Positions 55,591 through 64,000 of a stretch of DNA of 64,000 nt are shown piece by piece (within the stretch, counting starts at the first letter, position 1; the number at the start of each line of letters is the position of its first letter). The notes below the pieces were generated by a model that did no database searches, was not told where the DNA came from, and saw nothing but the letters and a program-made list of their open reading frames with translations. The DNA is taken from contig JAZDFB010000123.1 in assembly GCA_043808305.1 (NCBI GenBank), positions 11,681-75,680 of the forward strand. Direction: 5' to 3'. A program made the translations under genes and the position numbers. This stretch comes from Planctomycetota bacterium. Its GTDB lineage: Bacteria > Planctomycetota > MHYJ01 > JACQXL01.

Positions 55591-55954
55591 TCCACCACTG
55601 TCAACCATTCCTTTGATTTCAGGCATTTCTTATACCCCAGCCACCGCTGAGCAACTAGTCGGGATATGATGGCCGGTTCAGATAGTTCAGTCGGTCCGCC
55701 AGCCAGCTTGTTTGGCCGAGCCCGGTATCGCCTTTAGTTGCTCCTGCCTGCTTAATCGGTGTTACCCCCGGAGCTCTTCGTAATGACCAGACTGCTTATT
55801 GGGACCGGCCGGGCTGGGACTTGGGCGCGACCTGACTGCCTGTTGGGCGGTCCCGGGCACGCTCAGCAGTAGCCCCAGCCAGCCCGCAGGGGATGTCCTC
55901 CCGAGCCGAAAAGCACGGCCGGGCGAGCTCTTAAGGACAGCCCACTTATCGCGC

Positions 55955-55996
55955 GGGGGGGACGGGGTACGGTATCCCCCATCCCCCCTGGTTTTT
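55955..55996 (+). terminator. G7/C6 hairpin followed by a T5 run (terminator-like; also a member of the G-tract box family)
   Basis: GGGGGGGACGGGG-tacggtat-CCCCCATCCCCCC then TGGTTTTT. About 840 nt downstream of the nearest plus-strand gene. Confidence 0.35.
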
Positions 55997-56199
55997 GAGC
56001 AGTTTTTTCAGCCTTTTCGGGAAATCGTAAAAAATATTCGCCCGCCCTAACCTCTGATAAATCAAACAGTTATATAAAACCCGCCCGAAATGCACGCCAA
56101 TAAAAAGGTGAAAACGCCTCACACCTGCCACCTTATGGAAGAAAAAAGAGCGAGCCTCACCGCAAAGAGCGCAAAGGCCGCAAAAGAAATACATTCTAT

Positions 56200-56247
56200 A
56201 AGGAGGCCAGGAAAGCAGGAGAAATTTCTTGGTCTCCTGGGTTCCTT
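56200..56247. repeat. AAGGAGGCCAGGA hairpin repeat just past the 3' end of the STK-TPR gene
   Basis: AAGGAGGCCAGGA...TCTCCTGGGTTCCTT pairs over about 13 bp with one mismatch. Confidence 0.7.
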
Positions 56248-56273
56248 ATTTGTAGCAACAGATTATCTAAATA

Positions 56274-58823
56274 TTATTTCTTTTCCTGCTCGGCGAGCTG
56301 TTTCTTCCATTCCTCTACCCATTGCTTCATTTCATTTGCCTGGGGATGATTGGGCACGAGTCGGAGGAACATTTCTCCGTCAGCGATAGCTTTATCCATT
56401 AGCTCTTTCTGTTCGTCTGGACGAGACACCATTTTTGATTTCTCATAATGACTAAGCGCCAGATTGTAATATGCCAGGGGATATCTCAGCCTAACGGCAG
56501 CGGCATAATCCTCAATGGCTTTGTCTAACTCGCCTCTGTCATAATAGATATCTCCGCGGTTGTAGTGTGCCGGGGCATATTCAGGGTTCAGCCTGACGGC
56601 CGCATTATAATCCGCAAAGGCTTTGTCTGTTTCGCCTTTTTGGCCATAACTGGTGCCGCGGCTGTTGTAAGCCTCGACATATCCGGGATTGAGCCTGATG
56701 GCCTGGTCATAATCGGCAATGGCTTTGTCTAATTGGCCATTTATATCATAAGTAATGCCGCGGCCGTGGTATGCCTCGGCGGCGTTTGGGTTTAACCCGA
56801 TTATGGTATCATAATCCGCAATGGCTTTGGCTACCAACTCCTGAATGGCATCAGCCCCAAGTTTACCGCGCAGAGATTCTATTTTTTTATTATAGGCAGA
56901 ACCGCGAGTTCTATATGCCTCGATATATCCGGAATCGAGCTTGATAGCCTGGCCATAATCGGCAATAGCTTTGTCTAACTGGCCCATTTCATTATAAGTA
57001 TTACCGCGGTTGCAGTATGCCTGGACATTTGACCGGTTGAGTTCGATGACTTTTTGGTAATCGGCCAGGGCTTTATCCAGCAGCTCCCGGTGGATATCAG
57101 TATCCGGTTCGCTCTGGGCTTTGTAGGCATAGCAGGTGCCACGGTTGGTGTATGCCAATTCATAATCCGGATAGAGCTCTATGGCTTTGGTATAATTTTG
57201 TATGCCCTCGTCATATTGCGCCTTTTTGGAGTTAATATTTCCTTGGGAAAACCATCCGATATGGCTGTTAGGGTCTAATTCAATGACCTTTTGGAAGTCG
57301 GGCATGGCTTCATCGGGCTTATTACGAGTGAAAAGCGTAATCAAAGCGCGTTCGTAATATGAATATGCCAGGGTCGGCGTAGTTTTAATCGCTTTGCTGA
57401 AGTATTCAAATGCCTTATCCATAAGGTTCCGGTAGGTTTCATTAGCAGCGTTTTCTAGTTTTGCTTTACCTTTATAAACATAGCCGATGACCTGCCAGGC
57501 ATCGCCGAAGGTGGGATCTATGGCAAGGGCATCCTGGGCAAACTGTATCTTTTGGTCAGGTGTCGGGGCAACGGTGGCTTTATCTAAAACGGCTTTTGCC
57601 TGTGCCCTTAGGTCCACGATTTTCTGCTCCTTGACCGCGGCTTCTTTTATCTTCGCATCTTCCTGCTGCTTTTTGGCCTCTCGCTCGTTGATTATCTGCT
57701 CGCTCTTATTGAGGATATCTTTTATGGCTTCATCATCCGGCGACAGGACCAGCAGTTTGTTGGATATTGTCCGGGCCTGGTCATATTTCTCCTTATCAAA
57801 TGCCTGTTGGGCTTCCTGCCTGTATCGGGCGATGAGCTGTCTCTTGTTTGACGAGGAAACCAGCAGGCTGGTTACCACGATTGCCAGGATAACCGCGGCG
57901 CCGAGGATGGACAGGCTGGCGGTTTTGTTCTTGATAAACCTAAACCGAAGTTTACTAACATATGATGTCCGCTTGGCAGTAATCTGCCCGCCTTCTAAAT
58001 ACCTTTTCAGGTCTTGGGCTAAGGCATCTGCGGTCTGGTAGCGCCTGGTTTTGTCCTTATTCAGGCATTTGAGGCAGATGGTCTCGAGGTCTTTGGGAAT
58101 AATTTTTATGATTGATGACGGCGTGGTCGGGTCGTCGTTGATGACCTTATTAAGCACTTCATAGAGCTCTTTGCCGCTAAAAGGCGTCCGGCCGGTGATG
58201 CAGTGATATAACGTGGCGCCTAAGGAAAAGATGTCGGAACGCGGGTCTATCTGGTCTTTTTGGCCCATAGCCTGCTCGGGCGGCATATAGTCCGGCGTGC
58301 CGATAGTAGTGCCGGTAAGGGTCAGGGAACGGTCCAGCCCGGTGAGTTGTTTGGCCAGCCCGAAGTCGGTGATATACGCCTGGCCTTGTTTGGTTATCAT
58401 AATATTGGCCGGCTTGATATCGCGGTGGATTATGCCCTGGCTATGGGCGTAATGGAGCGCCGTGGCGGTCTGAAGGATGATTTTAACGAGATTTTGCAAG
58501 GATGTCTTGTTCTTGGATTTGATAAGGGCATCAAGCGAGACGCCTTCGATATAGTCCATGGTGAAGTAGTGCTGTTTATTGAGAGCGGAGCCTCCCGTCG
58601 GGACAATGCCGGCCTCATAGACCTGCACAATATTGGGGTGTTTGAGTTTGGCAACGGCTGATGCCTCGCGCTGGAAACGTTCGAGCAGCTCCGGGTCGGT
58701 GGAAGTGATGACCTTGAGCGCCACCCGGCGGTTCAGGGCCGGGTCTAAAGCGAGGTATACCGCGCCCATGCCCCCTTGGCCCAGTTTCTTTTCAACGGTA
58801 TATTTACCGAATGTTGTTGGCAT
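56274..58823 (-). CDS. Hanks-type Ser/Thr kinase with a TM segment and a large TPR-repeat domain
   Basis: 849 aa. GQGGMGAVYLA, VALK, HRDIKPANIM, DFGLA, PPEQ. One TM (LSILGAAVILAIVVTSLLV). About 10 TPR units (A..Y..AI.L.P....AY..RG..Y). Confidence 0.92.
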   Translation of the reverse strand: MPTTFGKYTVEKKLGQGGMGAVYLALDPALNRRVALKVITSTDPELLERFQREASAVAKLKHPNIVQVYEAGIVPTGGSALNKQHYFTMDYIEGVSLDALIKSKNKTSLQNLVKIILQTATALHYAHSQGIIHRDIKPANIMITKQGQAYITDFGLAKQLTGLDRSLTLTGTTIGTPDYMPPEQAMGQKDQIDPRSDIFSLGATLYHCITGRTPFSGKELYEVLNKVINDDPTTPSSIIKIIPKDLETICLKCLNKDKTRRYQTADALAQDLKRYLEGGQITAKRTSYVSKLRFRFIKNKTASLSILGAAVILAIVVTSLLVSSSNKRQLIARYRQEAQQAFDKEKYDQARTISNKLLVLSPDDEAIKDILNKSEQIINEREAKKQQEDAKIKEAAVKEQKIVDLRAQAKAVLDKATVAPTPDQKIQFAQDALAIDPTFGDAWQVIGYVYKGKAKLENAANETYRNLMDKAFEYFSKAIKTTPTLAYSYYERALITLFTRNKPDEAMPDFQKVIELDPNSHIGWFSQGNINSKKAQYDEGIQNYTKAIELYPDYELAYTNRGTCYAYKAQSEPDTDIHRELLDKALADYQKVIELNRSNVQAYCNRGNTYNEMGQLDKAIADYGQAIKLDSGYIEAYRTRGSAYNKKIESLRGKLGADAIQELVAKAIADYDTIIGLNPNAAEAYHGRGITYDINGQLDKAIADYDQAIRLNPGYVEAYNSRGTSYGQKGETDKAFADYNAAVRLNPEYAPAHYNRGDIYYDRGELDKAIEDYAAAVRLRYPLAYYNLALSHYEKSKMVSRPDEQKELMDKAIADGEMFLRLVPNHPQANEMKQWVEEWKKQLAEQEKK

Positions 58824-58865
58824 ATCCGGATTGTAGCGCGAAGACGGCAGGAATGCAAATAAAAC

Positions 58866-59125
58866 CAGCCACAGATGACACAGATGAACACTGAAAATAA
58901 CCCCACTCGCGAAGTTTATCCTGAGTCCTTCGGTAATACTCAGGATAAATATTCTCGAAGGGCTTGGGAACCCGGCTATGCGGGATAAGGGACAGCCCCG
59001 ACGGAATAGTCGGGATAATGTGCCGACCCCGGCGAAATAGCCGGGATAAGGGACACTAACTCCCTTTGGTCGAAGTGTCCCTAATAACTCGCTTTGGTCG
59101 AAGCGGCACTAAAAACGATTCGGTT
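58866..59125. repeat. Intergenic mosaic repeats
   Basis: CCACAGATGACACAGATGAACAC. CCTGAGTCCTTCGGTAATACTCAGG hairpin. CGGGATAAGGGACA three times. GGGACACTAACTCC..GAAGTGTCCCT. GCGGCACTAAAAAC. Confidence 0.75.
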
Positions 59126-59134
59126 TAATTTAGC

Positions 59135-59163
59135 TTGACTTTCCGGGATTTATGTGCTAAAGT
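59135..59163 (+). promoter_or_regulatory. Sigma70-like promoter candidate for the SBBP-repeat gene
   Basis: GCTTGACT, 17-nt spacer, TAAAGT. Confidence 0.35.
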
Positions 59164-59190
59164 TTGTTCCATTAATTTTATTAATTGTGA

Positions 59191-59325
59191 TTATCCCGTT
59201 AAGCTGCGCTTACGGGACTAAGAGTCACAGGAAGACTGATGCTCTGGCAATGTGTTTATCCCGTTAAGCTACGCTTACGGGACTAAGTGCCAATACGTCG
59301 TTACCCTCCTACTGGCACTAAGAGA
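59191..59325. repeat. Two direct copies of TTATCCCGTTAAGCT(G/A)CGCTTACGGGACTAAG inside the putative 5' leader
   Basis: Copies at 59191-59222 and 59256-59287 (65-nt period), each a CCCGTAAGC-type hairpin. Followed by CTACTGGCACTAAG. Confidence 0.8.
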
Positions 59326-59338
59326 AAGGCTTTTTATT

Positions 59339-62300
59339 ATGTTCAAATCAAGATGGTTAAACCTGGGTTTGATGGCAGTCGTGGCTATGGTTATGGCGCT
59401 GGGCTATGGCGGACTGTGCGGCGGAAGCAGCGGCAGCAGCGGCGGAACTCCTACCCCGCAACCGGCTCAAACCGCGCCTGACCAGGTGACCACCCCTGCA
59501 CCGGCGAATAACGCATCCGGCGTGATTACCACGACCCAGCTTTCCTGGGCGGCCGCTACCGGCGCCGCCTCCTACGACGTTTATTTCGGGCTGACCTATA
59601 CCGGCTGGTCCGCGGTTACCAATACAATCACCACGGGTTATAACCCGGGCGCCCTTACATATAGTACCGCCTATTACTGGCGGATAGACTCGATAAACTC
59701 CGTCGGCGCGACCACCGGCACGGTCTGGGCTTTTACCACGCCGGCGCCGGTCGAACCGGAAACATCCGCTGAATTCAAACTGATGGGGCTGGTCAATAAC
59801 GGATACCAGGACGACAATCTCTGGCTGGGCAAATACGCGGCGGGGACGCTGTCAACGGAGTCGCTGACGGCCAAGGATTTCTTCACCACGCCGGGCGATA
59901 TCCCTTATGAATTTGTCAAGGACGCCACCGGGGTATACGTCATCGGCTCGTCCGGTTTCGCGCACGGGTATTTCGCCAAGTATAACGCGTCTACCGGCGC
60001 GCTGATATGGAAACGACTGATGGCCGCGGCGCCGATTAAAATCAAGCTGGCCGGCGGTTCTATCTATCTGGGCGGGACGGTTTGTACGGAAGCCGATGAC
60101 AACGACATCTGGATTGCCAAATACGACCCCGACGGCGTCCTGGCCTGGGAGCTGACCCGGCCCAACAACCAGGACCGGTCGAGCGGGCATTTTGACTGGC
60201 TCAAGGACCTGGCGGTGGACGGCTCGGGCAACGTGACGGCGCTGGGCGCGCTCAGGCGCAAGACCGCAAACGAACTCTATACTTTTTACGATATCTGGCT
60301 GGCCAAGACCTCGACCGGCGGTTCCTGGGATTGGGAACTAACCAAGAACGGCACAGCCGATATGGACGACCTGCCGACGGCCTTGGTGCTGGATACCGAC
60401 GGCACGGCCTTTGTGCTGGGTCAGGTCAACAACGGCACCAACGGTTACTGGGACCTGGATATCTGGCTGGGCAAGACGTATTTCAACGGCACCGCGACTG
60501 TCTGGGGTTGCAACCTGAACAAGAGCGGCGCATACGCCTCCGGCAATACCAAGAGCAATGACACGCCCACGGCTTTGAAGCTGGACGGATTCAGCAGGGC
60601 CTGCGTGCTGGGCCAAACACAGGACGGCGCATCGACTTTTAACACCTGGCTGGGCAAGGCCGTCAACGGGCTCTGGGACTGCGCGGTTTCTTATCCGGCT
60701 ACGCCGCGGGGGCTGGCTGTCGCCGGCAATCGGGTTTATGTGCTGGGCCAGACCACTGACGTCTGGCTGGGCATGACTACGGACATCGCCAACTGGACCT
60801 GGTCTTTGACCCGGACCGGCGAGGCGGGTTTCGGTTACGCCACGGACCTGGCCGTCAGAACCCAGGGTATTACCGATACGATTTACGTTATGGGCAATTT
60901 AAGCACGGTGACAACCTCGAGTTCGAGCGATTTGTGGCTGGGCGCGACGGACAACAGCGGGCTGGGCTGGCTGGGCGAATGGCGCAAGTCCGGCTCCAAT
61001 AATTCCGCCGGCGGCCAGGCGCTGAAACTCGATTCCGCAGGCGCGCCCTATCTGCTGGGCACGCTCAGTAATATAACCACCGTGGGCGACATCTGGCTGG
61101 GCAAACCCAACCTGTCCGTCAATAATTCCTGGGACTGGCAGTTGGCCCGAAACGGCGATATTCAATATTCAACCGATTGCGCCAACACTGACGGGCTGAT
61201 TGTGGATTCCACCGGCATCTACGCCCTGGGACTGCTCTACAACGAAGGGTTCCTGGAGGACCAGTGGCTGGCCAAGACCACAACCGGCGCGGCCTGGGAC
61301 TGGCAATCGGTGCGCAAGACGGTGGGCATCAATAACGTCGTCAAGAAAACCGACGCCAGCGGCAATATTTATGTGGCCACAACCATCCAGCAGTTTACTC
61401 CGATTACCAAGCAGGCTGTCTGGGTGGCCAAGTTCAACAGCGATACCACGCTGGCCTGGCAGTCAGCGGGCAACAGCATTTATAGCGACCACGTCAAGGA
61501 CATAAACGTGGACGGCGCCGGCAATGTTTACGTGCTGGGCACGAATACCAACGTCTGGCTGGACAAAATCAATTCGGCCGGGGCCTGGCAGTGGCACCTG
61601 ACCAAGGCCGGTTCGAATACTTTTTACGGCGGCACGGACAAAGCCAACTCTATCCTGATAGATGCCAATGACGATGTCTATGTAACCGGACTGCTCAACA
61701 ACGGCACCACCCAGTATGACGCCAATTACGACATCTGGCTGGGCAAACCCAATACCAACGGCACGGCCTGGGAATGGGACCTGGCCAAGGATACGACCGG
61801 ATACCAGGATGAAATAAAGGATTTCAAGCTCGGCCCGAACGGCAGTGTTTATGTGCTGGGACAGACGGACATCGCCGTTTATCCGTCATACGCTTATGCC
61901 ATCTGGCTGGGCAAGGCGATAACTTCAAGCGGCACCGCCCAGTGGTCATGGGACCTGACCAAGACCGGCACGTCCTCTGTTTGGAATAATTTCACGCAGT
62001 CGATGGTGGTTACCGGCACGGATGTTTATGTGCTGGGCCGGGTGGAGGTTTCCGGTATTTATAATATCTGGGTGGGCAAGGCGTCAAGCGGCGCGTGGGC
62101 TAATGAGCTGACCGACAACCCGACCTGGCATTCCTATCCCAAGGAGATGGCGCTGGACGGCGCCGGAAATGTTTACGTGCTGGGCGAGTCATACTCGACC
62201 CCCTGCACCAACATCTGGCTGGGCAAGGCGGATGCGGCATTGTCCGCCTGGAGCTGGGCGTTGACCAAGACCGGCATTGTTGATAACCTCAATCTCAGCC

Positions 62301-62890
62301 GGAGCAGTTATCCCTACGGGTTGTGGGTGGATTCTACGGGCGCTTATGTGCTCGGCCAAATCCAGAACCACGCCCTGACCCTGGATAATTACGATATCTG
62401 GCTGGGCAAGGCCTGCGCCAACGGCACGGCCTGGGAATGGGATTACACCAAGAGCGGCACGGCCGGCGTCGATGACTCGGCGCTGAGCTGGCTGGTCAGC
62501 AACGGCACGGCCTATGTGATGGGCCGGTTGCAGCAGTCCGGAACGTGGCTGATACAAAACATCGGCTCCGGCTATCAGTGGATTTGCTTGACGGACAGCA
62601 ATACCTGGCTGTTGAAATACGACGGCACGGTCCAATACGAGGCGCTCAAGGCAAACACGGCCAAGCTGGATGACGCGCCCAAGAGTATCTCCCTGGATGC
62701 CAACGGCAACGCCTTTATCTACGGCGACAGCCCGAGCCGCGAGCAGGCGCACGATATCCGGTTGGCCAAATACGGTCCGCTGGGCACGCTGGGCTATGAA
62801 ATCACCAAGGCCGGCACGGAAGACGATGTGTTCCTGTATTTCTTTCCGGTCGGCGCGGGATGGACGGACGGCCAGAAAGTTTCAAGGTAG
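59339..62890 (+). CDS. Very large secreted protein: one YYWR Ig-like module plus about 20 SBBP-type beta-propeller repeats
   Basis: Start at MFKSRWLNLGLMAVVAMVMALGYGGLCGGSSGSSGG. LSWAAATGAASYDVYFG...YYWRIDSINSVGATTGTVWAFTT. A recurrent D(I/V)WL(G/A)K......W.W pattern with GN(V/I)YV(L/T)G, typical of SBBP repeats. The track ORF begins 87 nt upstream inside repeats. Confidence 0.85.
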   Translation: MFKSRWLNLGLMAVVAMVMALGYGGLCGGSSGSSGGTPTPQPAQTAPDQVTTPAPANNASGVITTTQLSWAAATGAASYDVYFGLTYTGWSAVTNTITTGYNPGALTYSTAYYWRIDSINSVGATTGTVWAFTTPAPVEPETSAEFKLMGLVNNGYQDDNLWLGKYAAGTLSTESLTAKDFFTTPGDIPYEFVKDATGVYVIGSSGFAHGYFAKYNASTGALIWKRLMAAAPIKIKLAGGSIYLGGTVCTEADDNDIWIAKYDPDGVLAWELTRPNNQDRSSGHFDWLKDLAVDGSGNVTALGALRRKTANELYTFYDIWLAKTSTGGSWDWELTKNGTADMDDLPTALVLDTDGTAFVLGQVNNGTNGYWDLDIWLGKTYFNGTATVWGCNLNKSGAYASGNTKSNDTPTALKLDGFSRACVLGQTQDGASTFNTWLGKAVNGLWDCAVSYPATPRGLAVAGNRVYVLGQTTDVWLGMTTDIANWTWSLTRTGEAGFGYATDLAVRTQGITDTIYVMGNLSTVTTSSSSDLWLGATDNSGLGWLGEWRKSGSNNSAGGQALKLDSAGAPYLLGTLSNITTVGDIWLGKPNLSVNNSWDWQLARNGDIQYSTDCANTDGLIVDSTGIYALGLLYNEGFLEDQWLAKTTTGAAWDWQSVRKTVGINNVVKKTDASGNIYVATTIQQFTPITKQAVWVAKFNSDTTLAWQSAGNSIYSDHVKDINVDGAGNVYVLGTNTNVWLDKINSAGAWQWHLTKAGSNTFYGGTDKANSILIDANDDVYVTGLLNNGTTQYDANYDIWLGKPNTNGTAWEWDLAKDTTGYQDEIKDFKLGPNGSVYVLGQTDIAVYPSYAYAIWLGKAITSSGTAQWSWDLTKTGTSSVWNNFTQSMVVTGTDVYVLGRVEVSGIYNIWVGKASSGAWANELTDNPTWHSYPKEMALDGAGNVYVLGESYSTPCTNIWLGKADAALSAWSWALTKTGIVDNLNLSRSSYPYGLWVDSTGAYVLGQIQNHALTLDNYDIWLGKACANGTAWEWDYTKSGTAGVDDSALSWLVSNGTAYVMGRLQQSGTWLIQNIGSGYQWICLTDSNTWLLKYDGTVQYEALKANTAKLDDAPKSISLDANGNAFIYGDSPSREQAHDIRLAKYGPLGTLGYEITKAGTEDDVFLYFFPVGAGWTDGQKVSR

Positions 62891-62893
62891 CCG

Positions 62894-64000
62894 ATGAGAC
62901 AGGTTTACCTGGATAACCATTCGGGCACCCGGACGGACGACCGGGTTTACGGCGAGATGATGCCGTTCCTGAAGGAATTCTACGGCAACGCCCAGAGCAT
63001 GCACTCGCTGGGCTCGAAATCCAAAGACGCTCTGGATAACGCCCGGCGCCTGACGGCCGAGCTTATCAACGCCGGGGACGAGGAGATATATTTCACATCC
63101 TGCGGTTCGGAATCAAATAATCTGGCTGTCAAGGGCGCGGCCCAGGCCAATGCCGATAAGGGCAAACATATCGTCATTTCCAACGTGGAGCATTTCTCGG
63201 TGCTAAACGCGGCCAAGCGGCTGGAACAGGCCGGGTTCGAGGTGACGGCCGTGCCGGCGGACAAATACGGGCTGGTGGCGCCGGAAGATGTCGGCAACGC
63301 TATCCGCAAAGATACGGCGTTGGTGTCCATCCAACAGGCCAATCCGGAAATCGGGACGATTCAGCCGATAGAAGAAATATCAAAAATCACCCGCCGGGAA
63401 AAAGTGCTTTTCCATACCGACGCGGTGTGCTCGGCCGGAACAATCCCGGTTGATGCCACCCAGCTGGGAGTGGATATGCTGTCGCTGGCCGGCTCGCAGT
63501 TTTACGGACCGCGCGGCGCGGCGGCCCTTTACATTAAGAAAGGCGTGCGCATCACGCCCCAGATAGACGGCGGTATCCAGGAAAACGGGCGCCGGGCCGG
63601 TACGGAAAACATACCGGCCATCATCGGGCTGGGCAAGGCCTGCGCCATCGCCAAAGCCGAGATGGCCGATAATCTGGCCAAAATGCTGGTCATGCGCAAC
63701 CGGCTGATTCAGGAACTGCCCGGCAAGATTGAATACGCCTACCTCAACGGACATCCGGATAAGCGGATGCCCAACAACGTCAATTTTTCCATCGAGTTCA
63801 TCGAGGGCGAGTCGATGCTGTTATTCCTGGACGGCCAGGGGGTGTATGTTTCCAGCGGTTCGTCGTGCTCGTCCAAGGCCCTGAAGATGTCGCACGTGCT
63901 GGCCGCCCTGAAACTGGACCCGGCCGTGGCCCAGGGCTCGGTGCTGATGACGCTATCCAGATATAATTCTGCCGAGGATATCGATTATATTTTAAGTGAA
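62894..64000 (+). CDS. Cysteine desulfurase, NifS/IscS family (3' end beyond the window)
   Basis: Own translation: MRQVYLDNHSGTRTDDRVYGEMMPFLKEFYGNAQSMHSLG...EIYFTSCGSESNNLAVKG...HIVISNVEHFSV. In frame to position 64000. Not in the track because there is no stop. Confidence 0.88.
   Translation, partial: MRQVYLDNHSGTRTDDRVYGEMMPFLKEFYGNAQSMHSLGSKSKDALDNARRLTAELINAGDEEIYFTSCGSESNNLAVKGAAQANADKGKHIVISNVEHFSVLNAAKRLEQAGFEVTAVPADKYGLVAPEDVGNAIRKDTALVSIQQANPEIGTIQPIEEISKITRREKVLFHTDAVCSAGTIPVDATQLGVDMLSLAGSQFYGPRGAAALYIKKGVRITPQIDGGIQENGRRAGTENIPAIIGLGKACAIAKAEMADNLAKMLVMRNRLIQELPGKIEYAYLNGHPDKRMPNNVNFSIEFIEGESMLLFLDGQGVYVSSGSSCSSKALKMSHVLAALKLDPAVAQGSVLMTLSRYNSAEDIDYILSE

Noticed and set aside
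55675-55700. A tRNA-like D-arm string, GATAGTTCAGTCGGT.
   Set aside because: Neither acceptor-stem, anticodon-arm nor T-arm (GTTCGAATC-like) complementarity can be drawn around it, so it is not a tRNA. No tRNA was found anywhere in the window by eye.
55640-55950. Homology between this GC-rich block and the 2860-2960 part of the parA-purC block.
   Set aside because: Only short shared strings (CCCCGGAGC, GGGCTGGG, GCGC.GAC.TG) with different spacing. This could be chance in GC-rich DNA, so it is not claimed as a repeat family.

Overview
This is a 64-kb chromosomal window, about 50% GC by eye, with visibly AT-richer islands. It looks like a didermic bacterium. An ECF sigma factor is coupled to a Zn-ribbon Ser/Thr kinase, there are three Hanks-type kinases, and there are many large secreted repeat proteins. 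This is reminiscent of PVC/Planctomycetota-like or other poorly cultivated lineages, but that is inference only. I can support about 50 protein-coding genes. Housekeeping genes: parA-parB, purC, clpC, bioA, aspartate kinase, glycerate kinase, tldD-pmbA, an M20 peptidase and a NifS/IscS-type desulfurase. Signalling genes: ECF sigma, 3 STKs, a multi-PAS HD-GYP protein, MarR and two XRE paralogs. There is a YbhGFSR-like ABC exporter and a redox/metal cluster (rubredoxin, rubredoxin-like, bacterioferritin-like, ZIP, mscL). Several accessory blocks encode surface proteins. I recognised no rRNA, tRNA, CRISPR array, transposase or integrase. The most interesting content is: (i) a tandemly duplicated CsgG-like lipoprotein plus Ca-loop surface-protein module (20.4-25.8 kb); (ii) an orphan island with a tail-fibre-like repeat protein, a coiled-coil protein, an unknown 260-aa protein and a PD-(D/E)xK-like protein (25.9-29.7 kb); (iii) two paralogous divergent XRE/surface-protein cassettes with a conserved promoter and G-tract leader; (iv) G/C-tract boxes at six loci; (v) several families of hairpin-forming intergenic mosaic repeats, one copy inserted in frame into a gene remnant, plus a perfect 58-bp inverted repeat bracketing parB; (vi) CtsR-operator-like GTCAAG heptad arrays before clpC; (vii) Cys-rich CGC proteins and peptides next to metal genes. 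All family calls come from reading motifs in the translations. No database search was run. Start codons were adjusted where an RBS-backed ATG lies inside a longer track ORF, because the track also starts ORFs at TTG/GTG.
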